Source of the DNA: Promethearchaeia archaeon
GTDB lineage: Archaea > Asgardarchaeota > Lokiarchaeia > Sigyniarchaeales > SOKP01
Reading direction: 5' to 3'
Assembly (NCBI GenBank): GCA_029856125.1
Contig: JAHQWJ010000106.1
Span: 1-25,468 of the forward strand
Length of the DNA stretch: 25,468 nucleotides
The notes under the pieces are model-generated. The model had not been told where the DNA came from and searched no databases. It saw only the letters and a list, made by a program, of their open reading frames with translations. Positions 7,669 to 15,075 of the stretch are shown here, one piece after another (positions within the stretch are counted from its first letter, which is position 1; the number at the start of each line of letters is the position of its first letter). A program made the position numbers and the translations under genes.

Positions 7669-8682
7669 ATGAGAAAAATTACTCAAAATAATGAAATTGG
7701 AAATAAAATTGAAAGTATTCTTGGGAAAAAATCAATAATAGAATTGACGCCAATTAAAATAAAGAAAAAAGATTCGTCAGATAAGATTTGTTATTTTTTT
7801 GACACGGATGATAACGCTTCTCCGTTTGATATTAACATGGCTTACGACGCTGGTTTTGATATTGTTGTGCCAATAAGTAGAATGACGGCGGATCAAGTCC
7901 CTAAACTTGTCCAAGATGCTATATTTTCACGTAAACCTAAAGCACCTACAACGTTTTTTATTGGGGGATCCGATGTAAAGGAAGGGGAAAAAATTGCTAA
8001 GAAAGTTATTGAATCCTTAGTACCTCCATTTGAATGTCCTGTAATAATAGATCCAAGGGGTTCTCATACTACTGCTTCTGCAGTTGTAGCTAAGACATTA
8101 TACGACGCTAAAAATATACATAAAATTAGTGATTTAAAAGGAGAAAAAGTCGTAATCTATGGGGCAGGTCCAGTTGCCAGAATTGCTGCCATATTAGCCG
8201 CAAAAGAAGGGTTGAACATATTTTTAGTTGAAACTTGGGATAAATCTAACGAAGCTTTTATAAAAAATCTTGCTAAAGAAATAACCGAAGAAGCTGGGGA
8301 GGATGCAACCGAAGTTAAAGGAATTTTTGCGCCTGAGATAGAACAAAGATATAATGTTGCTAAAGATGCATTTATTATCTGGTCTCTAGCTGCTGCTGGT
8401 GTAGAAGTTTTACCAAGCGATCTAATGGAAAGGCTAGAAGGTAAGAAAATTGTCGTAGATATCAATTTAGTTCCCCCTTATGGAATTGAAGGAATAAGAC
8501 CAAAACACGATAATAAAGAAATTTATCCTGGAATTTTTGGAATTGGAGCATTAGCATTAGGTCGTTTAAAAGCAAATTCGGAGGGAGAAATATTAAAAGA
8601 AGCAACAAAAACTAAAGGTACAAAGGTATTTGATTACAAATATGCGTTCGAAGTTGCTAAAAATTTGTTATCTAAGATGTAA
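7669..8682 (+). CDS. NAD(P)-dependent methylene-H4MPT/H4F dehydrogenase, MtdA/MtdB family, with N-terminal extension
   Basis: FDTDDNASPFDINMAYDAGFD, VQDAIFSR, FIGGSD, VPPFE..VIIDPRGSHTTASAVVA, GAGPVA, AAAGVEVL, DINLVPPYGIEGI and GIGALALGRLK are characteristic of the MtdA/B/C family. Confidence 0.88.
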   Translation: MRKITQNNEIGNKIESILGKKSIIELTPIKIKKKDSSDKICYFFDTDDNASPFDINMAYDAGFDIVVPISRMTADQVPKLVQDAIFSRKPKAPTTFFIGGSDVKEGEKIAKKVIESLVPPFECPVIIDPRGSHTTASAVVAKTLYDAKNIHKISDLKGEKVVIYGAGPVARIAAILAAKEGLNIFLVETWDKSNEAFIKNLAKEITEEAGEDATEVKGIFAPEIEQRYNVAKDAFIIWSLAAAGVEVLPSDLMERLEGKKIVVDINLVPPYGIEGIRPKHDNKEIYPGIFGIGALALGRLKANSEGEILKEATKTKGTKVFDYKYAFEVAKNLLSKM

Positions 8683-8698
8683 ATTCTTAAATTTTCAA

Positions 8699-8707
8699 TT
8701 TTTTTTT
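8699..8707 (+). terminator. Possible oligo-T terminator
   Basis: T9 run 16 nt after the stop of the MtdA-like gene. Confidence 0.3.
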
Positions 8708-8740
8708 ATTGATTTGTTATTTAGTTTAGAGGGGAATAAA

Positions 8741-11014
8741 ATGGTTGAAAATATTGATGGGATTGTAAGTAAAGTAAGGATTAAAGACGCATTCAAAGAA
8801 GACGCAGGGAGAGGTATTGTAAGAATAGACCCCGAGATAGTTTCAAATTTAAATCTCAAGGTAGGTGATGTAATTAAAATCATCCATCCAGTAGTATATA
8901 AAAACACTGTTGCTTCTTTGTCAACAGGAAAAAATGAAGATAAAGGAAAAAAGATTATTCGTATGGATCCCTCTCTAAGACGGAATTTAGACGCCTCAAT
9001 TGATGATCTTGTTGAAATTAAAAAAATCAGTGTAGATATTGCCAATACGATAACCTTTACTGGATTAGAAAATTCATTAATCCCGCGAGATCCTCAAGCT
9101 TTAGCTAGAAAACTAGAAAATAGGGCAATAACAAAAGGAGATAGCTTAAGCTTCTACGCTATGGCACGCAGAATTGACATTGTAGTAGTTAATTACACTC
9201 CTGATTCTGAAGCGGTTAAAATTCGCCTTGACACAAAAATATTATTTAGTGAAAAATCAACTCAAGAAATTTACGAAATTAAAAAAGAAGAAATAACATA
9301 TGAAGGAATTAGTGATTTAGAACATAGATTAGAAGAAATTCAAGGAAAAATAACATACGAGGATATAGGGGGTTTAGAGGATGCGATTCAAAAGATTAGA
9401 GAAATGATTGAACTACCTATTAGACATCCAGAACTTTTTGAAAGAATTGGAATTGAACCTCCAAAAGGAGTTCTGCTCCATGGGGCTCCAGGTACAGGTA
9501 AAACTTTACTAGCAAAAGCAGTAGCTTATGAGACCGATGCATATTTTATAAATATCAGTGGACCTGAAATAATGAGCAAATTTTTTGGTCAAAGTGAAGA
9601 AAATCTTCGAAAAAAATTTGAAGATGCAAAAAATAACGCCCCCTCTATTATTTTTCTTGATGAATTAGATTCAATTGCTCATAAAAGGGAAGAAAATAAA
9701 GGCCAGGTTGAATCAAGAGTTGTGGCACAACTTTTATCTCTTATGGATGGTTTAGAAGGGAGAGGTGAAGTTATAGTTATTGGTGCAACGAATAAAGTAA
9801 ATAACATTGATATAGCACTAAGAAGACCAGGGCGTTTTGACAGAGAAATTGAAATTAAAGTTCCTGATACTAATGGTCGCTATGAAGTTTTGTTGATCCA
9901 TACTCGAGGAATGCCTCTAAATGAGGATATTGATCTAAATCTTATTGCTGAAAAAACGCATGGATTTGTCGGTGCGGATATAAAAGCATTATGCAAAGAG
10001 GCGGCTATGCTTGCGATAAGGGAGATAATACCTAATATTGACTTAGATAAACCTATACCGGAAGAAATTTTAAACAATTTAATAATCAAAATGACACATT
10101 TTATTACAGCATTAAACAGTATTGAACCATCTGCATTAAGAGAAGTATTCGTTACGCAACCAACTGAAACTTGGGAAGATATAGGCGGATTGGAAGACGC
10201 TAAACAGCAATTAAGAGAAATTGTTGAATGGCCATTTAAGTACGCAGGATTCTATAAGCATATGAAATCAAGACCTCCTAAGGGAATTTTAATATTTGGT
10301 CTTCCTGGGACCGGTAAGACGTTAATGGCTAAAGCTCTTGCCCATGAAACCGAAATAAATTTTATTTCAGTAAAGGGTCCTGAATTTTTATCAAAATGGG
10401 TTGGTGAAAGTGCTAAAGCGGTAAGAGAAATATTTCGAAAAGCAAGAGCAGCTGCCCCTTGTATTATATTTTTTGACGAAATTGATGCTATCGCAGCAAG
10501 AAGATCTATTTCTTCAAGTTCAAGGGTTATTGAACAAGTTGTAGCGCAACTTTTAACAGAAATGGATGGTTTAGAAGAATTAAATGATGTCATTTTAATA
10601 GCGGCTACAAATAGACCTGACATTCTCGATCCCGCTATTCTACGTTCAGGAAGATTCGGAAGGCATATAGAAGTTCCATTGCCAAATAAAACCTCTCGAA
10701 TTAAGATATTTAAAATACACATCGCTAATCGTCCGATAGATAATGATATTGATATTGAAAAACTAGCAGAAAAGTTAGAAGGAAATACAGGAGCGGATAT
10801 CAAAGCAATCTGCGAAGAAGCCACACTTTTAGCCATTCGTAGTGGTGTTTTTGACGATAATATAGATACTCAAGATCTAGATTCATATAAAAAGGTTAAA
10901 ATTTCTCAAGCTGATTTTGAACAAGCAATAGAAAAAGTACAATTAGGCGCAATTGAAGCTAAAAGGGCTTATAAAGAAACTATTAAAGAAACTGTTGAAG
11001 ATATTTACAGGTAA
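8741..11014 (+). CDS. cdc48: CDC48/VCP/VAT family AAA+ ATPase
   Basis: N domain ([10 protein letters not shown]), D1 [27 protein letters not shown]2 [22 protein letters not shown], and C-terminal IYR (HbYX). Start placed at ATG 8741 after GAGGGG; the ORF-track extension to 8630 overlaps the previous gene. Confidence 0.96.
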   Translation: MVENIDGIVSKVRIKDAFKEDAGRGIVRIDPEIVSNLNLKVGDVIKIIHPVVYKNTVASLSTGKNEDKGKKIIRMDPSLRRNLDASIDDLVEIKKISVDIANTITFTGLENSLIPRDPQALARKLENRAITKGDSLSFYAMARRIDIVVVNYTPDSEAVKIRLDTKILFSEKSTQEIYEIKKEEITYEGISDLEHRLEEIQGKITYEDIGGLEDAIQKIREMIELPIRHPELFERIGIEPPKGVLLHGAPGTGKTLLAKAVAYETDAYFINISGPEIMSKFFGQSEENLRKKFEDAKNNAPSIIFLDELDSIAHKREENKGQVESRVVAQLLSLMDGLEGRGEVIVIGATNKVNNIDIALRRPGRFDREIEIKVPDTNGRYEVLLIHTRGMPLNEDIDLNLIAEKTHGFVGADIKALCKEAAMLAIREIIPNIDLDKPIPEEILNNLIIKMTHFITALNSIEPSALREVFVTQPTETWEDIGGLEDAKQQLREIVEWPFKYAGFYKHMKSRPPKGILIFGLPGTGKTLMAKALAHETEINFISVKGPEFLSKWVGESAKAVREIFRKARAAAPCIIFFDEIDAIAARRSISSSSRVIEQVVAQLLTEMDGLEELNDVILIAATNRPDILDPAILRSGRFGRHIEVPLPNKTSRIKIFKIHIANRPIDNDIDIEKLAEKLEGNTGADIKAICEEATLLAIRSGVFDDNIDTQDLDSYKKVKISQADFEQAIEKVQLGAIEAKRAYKETIKETVEDIYR
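9293..9379 (+). repeat. Degenerate tandem duplication with 57-nt (19-aa) period inside cdc48
   Basis: [10 protein letters not shown] (ataacatatgaaggaattagtgatttagaa, 9293) versus [10 protein letters not shown] (ataacatacgaggatatagggggtttagag, 9350). Confidence 0.8.
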
Positions 11015-11037
11015 ATAAAATTAATAAAAATTATAAG

Positions 11038-11298
11038 GTGTACAAATTGGTGATACGTTTGGTTAATGAAGTAAATAGTTTTAGAAATAAAAGCGTTTTA
11101 TCTTCTAAAAGTGAATTTATATCTGAATTTTCTCGAGGTTACTTTGAAGCGGAGATAATTGAAAAAGAAACACAACTAAATGAATATTTAAATGTGTATT
11201 ATGCTATTCGTGAGAAAGACTCATTTAATAGACAATATATAGAAACATTGATATATTTATTAAAATCTGGGATAAAGGGAATCCAAAAATTGTTTTAA
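11038..11298 (+). CDS. Small hypothetical helical protein; start uncertain (GTG 11038, TTG 11047, GTG 11050 or TTG 11059)
   Basis: 86-aa ORF 23 nt after cdc48 on the same strand, with RBS-like AAGGTG/GGTGA and a following T-run. Confidence 0.6.
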   Translation: MYKLVIRLVNEVNSFRNKSVLSSKSEFISEFSRGYFEAEIIEKETQLNEYLNVYYAIREKDSFNRQYIETLIYLLKSGIKGIQKLF

Positions 11299-11384
11299 AA
11301 GATTTTTTTAGTATTATTGCCTATTATAAGAAATTAAATTAAAAAAATAAGAATTTTATAAAAAATATATTTTAATAATAATAA

Positions 11385-12224
11385 TTAAGCTTCTTTTTCG
11401 CGGAATTTTCTCTTGGTTAAAAGATGTTGCTTAGCATGATGAGGCGTTCTCAATACTGTATCGTTAGATTTTTCTATTTCTCTAGCTTGTGTGCATAATT
11501 CAGCAGCAGTTTTCATCATTTCGTGAGCTGCAGCCAATAACGGCATATATTCCGCTCTATCTTTTAAAACAAAGCATGCTCTCCCCGTAATCTTAGAAAC
11601 TGAGGCTGCTAATTCGAAGGCGGCAATAGCCTTAGCTTGGGCGTAAGGGTTTGAAAAGTTTGCTGCCTCCGTAGCGTTAGTAGCATTAATTTCAATCTGA
11701 GGTAAAGTAGGCACCTTCCCTTCTAACATATCCATTATAACTTTATTTAATTCGTTAGTTATAATATTAAAAGCACCAGTAATCGTTAGAACTTTTAATA
11801 GATCTGAATTGAAACAACTCATCTCGATAGTGTCTAGAAATGGACGTCTTGCTCCTATCATAGAATCACAACCTACGATAATATAACCCATGTTTTTCTC
11901 CTTAAATTCTTCGATGGCTTTTTTTGCTGGAGCATCAGAGATTACAATCGTAGGAATACCCCCTGCTAATTCTCTTGCTGCTTTTGGTCCTTTTAATGCT
12001 GCGTTTGGGCTGGACATTAAGATTAAATCAGGTTCGAACTCCAACAATTTTCTCATAGTTTCTACGCATTCCTCTGGGGGGTTCATCTTCGCTCCCGAGG
12101 TAACTTCTCGCACTTTAATTCGAGTAGCTTCAGCCCTTTCATCCAGTAAAAAAGCAAGCAATAGCGAAGAACCAATTGTCCCATTTTTTAGAATTCCAAT
12201 CTTCAAAAATTTTTCTTCACTCAT
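11385..12224 (-). CDS. mtd: F420-dependent methylene-H4MPT dehydrogenase
   Basis: KIGILKNGTIGSS..LLDERAE, SGAKMNP, SPNAALKGP..ARE, ISDAP, DSMIGARRPFLD.IEM..FNSDLLKVL, FSNPYAQAKA, AAAHEM, AREIEKSNDTVLRTPH. ATG 12224 is preferred over TTG 12233. Confidence 0.95.
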   Translation of the reverse strand: MSEEKFLKIGILKNGTIGSSLLLAFLLDERAEATRIKVREVTSGAKMNPPEECVETMRKLLEFEPDLILMSSPNAALKGPKAARELAGGIPTIVISDAPAKKAIEEFKEKNMGYIIVGCDSMIGARRPFLDTIEMSCFNSDLLKVLTITGAFNIITNELNKVIMDMLEGKVPTLPQIEINATNATEAANFSNPYAQAKAIAAFELAASVSKITGRACFVLKDRAEYMPLLAAAHEMMKTAAELCTQAREIEKSNDTVLRTPHHAKQHLLTKRKFREKEA

Positions 12225-12377
12225 TTTTGACAACTTTAAATTTATTAAACAATATTTTGATAAATTCTATTAGTTCTTTTGATTGATAATTAATTAACGT
12301 TTTTAGTTTTTATTTTAAATTATTAAAAATTGTAATTATTATCAAATTTAGATATAATATAAAAAGTTGATTAGAAA

Positions 12378-13289
12378 ATGGAATTAAATGGAGTGGAGAT
12401 AGAAGATACTTTTTGCGAAGCCTTCGGAGCGGTTTTTACTAGAATTCTAGTTACTGCAATAAATGAGAAATGGGTAAAAATTGCCAGTCAAATCGCAACG
12501 GGCTACGGAACATCAACAATCCACTGTGATGCAGAAGCAGGAGTTGATGTGTATGTCCCAGCGGACAAAACTCCCGATAATCGTCCAGGAGTTGCCTTGA
12601 TGTTTTTTAAAACTAAAAAAGATAAGATGGATCAAGTGTTGCTAAACAGAGTAGGGCAATGTATATTAACTTGCCCAACTACAGCTTGTTTTGACGCTTT
12701 GAATACCTCTCTCGTTCCAGAAAAAGATTTTGAAATCAAGACTGGGTATAAATTAAAATTTTTTGGAGATAAATTTGAGGAAAAAATTGAGGGATCTTAT
12801 CCATTCGAAGCATGGAAAATTCCTGTTATGGATGGAGAATTTGAAGTACAGAGCGTTTTCAAAGTCGGAAAAGGAATCGCTGGAGGTAATTTCTTAATAT
12901 ATGGTGAAACACAGAAAGCCACATTAGAGGCTTCTGAAAAATCTATTGAAGCTATTAAAGATTTAGAGAATATCATAACCCCTTTTCCAGGTGGAATAGC
13001 GCGTTCAGGTTCTAAAGTTGGTTCAGCCTATAGTTTCTTAAACGCATCAACAAATGATCCCTTATGCCCAACTCTCCGACAGAAAATCGACAACTCCCTA
13101 TTAGGAGAAAAAGATAATTGTGTATACGAAATAATACTTGATGGTGCATCTGAGGAAATCATCAAAGAGGCAATGAAATTAGGTATACGCGCTGCCGTTC
13201 AAGTTCCGGGGATTAATAAAATTAGTGCGGGCAATTACGGAGGGAAACTAGGAAAGTTTCACTATCGACTTCACGATGTTTTAGCTTAA
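12378..13289 (+). CDS. ftr: Formylmethanofuran:tetrahydromethanopterin formyltransferase
   Basis: NGVEIEDTFCEAF, ATGYGTSTIHCDAEAG, TPDNRPG, RVGQCILTCPTTA, GIAGGNF, PFPGGIARSGSKVGS, ISAGNYGGKLG. Confidence 0.96.
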   Translation: MELNGVEIEDTFCEAFGAVFTRILVTAINEKWVKIASQIATGYGTSTIHCDAEAGVDVYVPADKTPDNRPGVALMFFKTKKDKMDQVLLNRVGQCILTCPTTACFDALNTSLVPEKDFEIKTGYKLKFFGDKFEEKIEGSYPFEAWKIPVMDGEFEVQSVFKVGKGIAGGNFLIYGETQKATLEASEKSIEAIKDLENIITPFPGGIARSGSKVGSAYSFLNASTNDPLCPTLRQKIDNSLLGEKDNCVYEIILDGASEEIIKEAMKLGIRAAVQVPGINKISAGNYGGKLGKFHYRLHDVLA

Positions 13290-13335
13290 ACACTAATTCA
13301 AAAAGAAATTTAAAGTTAAAATAAGAATTTTTTTC

Positions 13336-15075
13336 CTATTTTAACTTTCTTTTTATTTTTCTTTGTGGTTCTTTAGAGAGAGGTTCAACTTTTCCTACTT
13401 CATCTTCCTCAATTTCTTCTTCTTCTTCTTCTTTTCTTCTTGAAGGACTTGGCTTCACTTTTTTTGCAGGTTTTTGCTGAGCTGATTTTTTAGAAGGTGC
13501 TTTTTTCAACTCTACAGATTTAGGCTTAAATTTCTTGTATAATATACCCACTCCTACCAACACGCCAAGTATAATCCCTATGGAAAAACTAATCCAAGGC
13601 AGAATAGGTGTTAATAAATCAGGTAATATATTGATTTCTTGGGGTGCTAAGCCAAAATCTGAATTAAGGAATGTCGTATCACCATCAATATCGGTTACGG
13701 AGATGTAAGCATACCAAATGCCAGTTATTAATTCCTCTGTACGAATTGTTATCCTCATACCAGGCACATATTCTCTTGTGATATTATACCAATTGGCTTT
13801 TTCATCTAAAAGTGCTACAGTAATATAAGCAATTGTGTTTTCAACATCGGTTACATCAAAATTAAAAGTTAAATCTTCACCATAATTCACGGTAATACTT
13901 TGGTTATTGCTTAATCCGTTTACGAAATAGCCTAAAATTTCGGGAGGATTATTTTCAATAATTATAGATGTAATATTGGAGTTTATTCCACCGTACTGGT
14001 CTTCAACTTCGATAATTATTTGATATATGCCTACTGTTTTGTTAGTAGCTACAGAAAAAGTAGTTGAGAAAGTCCAGTTATTATGGTTTGTTAATTCAAT
14101 TGGAGCTAATAATTCCCCAGTGGATGTTTGGATTACCATAGAAACGGTTAGATTTTCGGGAAGTGTGTCTGGATCTTGGTCTGTTGCATTTAATGATATT
14201 ATACAATCTTCTTCTCTTTTTAAAGGATCTTTAGAAAATTTAATTGTAGGAACTGAAATTTCAGGTAAAGTATTCAAAACTCTAAAAGGTAGATACGCAG
14301 CTTCCTTAGTGCCACTTGAAACATCAGTCATGTTAAGTTTAATATAATAGATTTTATTTGAGAATTCAAATCGATCATCAATTAGAATAGAGGTATGGAA
14401 AATATCATTACCAACATTAAATAGAACATTATGTAAAGTCTCGTTATCACTGTCAACTATCGACACATTCCAGTTAAAATCATAGGGTTGAGGGAAATTA
14501 CTTACACCTAAATCAGCATCGAGGGTATCACCCCTATTATATTCTGTTTTATCAGGGGATATGAAATAATTTGTCGTAATTGTGAAATTTGTTATCGGGA
14601 TTGAGGAACTAAGAAGAGAATCTGACACATTATATATCAGAAAGCTAACGTTTTGAAACCCTAATGGAACGTTATACCCCGGTTGAAAAGTATATGTAAA
14701 ATTTTCTGTTCCTCCAACATTTATCATATTAAAATCTCCTACTCCTCCGTTTGAATAATGAATTTCCATGATAGTATAATTAGGGTTGGCGAATTTTGAA
14801 GCGTTTATGTTAAATTTTACAGATTCGAATAACTTATAAATTATTGACGCGTTCTGAGACATATCCGAGTAATCTAACGAGGGATTCCCGTTGCTAGCGG
14901 TTTTCACTTCAGGATCGGTTTTAAAATCTACTATGAATTTATTGTTATCGTTGTTTAATGTTGTTATGTTGTTTACATTAATTGAAATAGCCCAGATACT
15001 CAGGAATATTGAGAATAGAGTAAGAGCAAGTATTACATTTTTAATAAATCGCTTTCGTTTAATCATCAATCTCAT
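13336..15075 (-). CDS. Membrane-anchored surface (glyco)protein with Ig-like beta domains and a charged cytoplasmic tail
   Basis: Basic N-terminus plus hydrophobic signal/TM segment. Repeated N..P.I / .D.DG / G.Y.i.v.v.D..G beta-sandwich motifs. Many NxS/T sequons. C-terminal TM (WISFSIGIILGVLVGVGILY) followed by a K-rich/E-rich tail. Confidence 0.8.
   Translation of the reverse strand: MRLMIKRKRFIKNVILALTLFSIFLSIWAISINVNNITTLNNDNNKFIVDFKTDPEVKTASNGNPSLDYSDMSQNASIIYKLFESVKFNINASKFANPNYTIMEIHYSNGGVGDFNMINVGGTENFTYTFQPGYNVPLGFQNVSFLIYNVSDSLLSSSIPITNFTITTNYFISPDKTEYNRGDTLDADLGVSNFPQPYDFNWNVSIVDSDNETLHNVLFNVGNDIFHTSILIDDRFEFSNKIYYIKLNMTDVSSGTKEAAYLPFRVLNTLPEISVPTIKFSKDPLKREEDCIISLNATDQDPDTLPENLTVSMVIQTSTGELLAPIELTNHNNWTFSTTFSVATNKTVGIYQIIIEVEDQYGGINSNITSIIIENNPPEILGYFVNGLSNNQSITVNYGEDLTFNFDVTDVENTIAYITVALLDEKANWYNITREYVPGMRITIRTEELITGIWYAYISVTDIDGDTTFLNSDFGLAPQEINILPDLLTPILPWISFSIGIILGVLVGVGILYKKFKPKSVELKKAPSKKSAQQKPAKKVKPSPSRRKEEEEEEIEEDEVGKVEPLSKEPQRKIKRKLK

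Noticed and set aside
8630-8740. 37-aa N-terminal extension of CDC48 in the ORF track
   Set aside because: It overlaps the upstream gene and a T-run. ATG 8741 has an RBS and gives a normal N domain.
6585-10836. Minus-strand ORFs at 6585, 7356, 8157, 8695, 9880 and 10252
   Set aside because: All are antisense to well-supported genes, with composition typical of shadow frames.
11299-11384. Very AT-rich spacer with short aat repeats between convergent genes
   Set aside because: Consistent with ordinary bidirectional T-rich termination; no array or structured RNA is evident.
11385-13289. Interpreting mtd/ftr/hdrA/mvh as evidence of methanogenesis
   Set aside because: No mcr or mtr genes are in the window. 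These genes are common in non-methanogenic archaea with the H4MPT Wood-Ljungdahl pathway.
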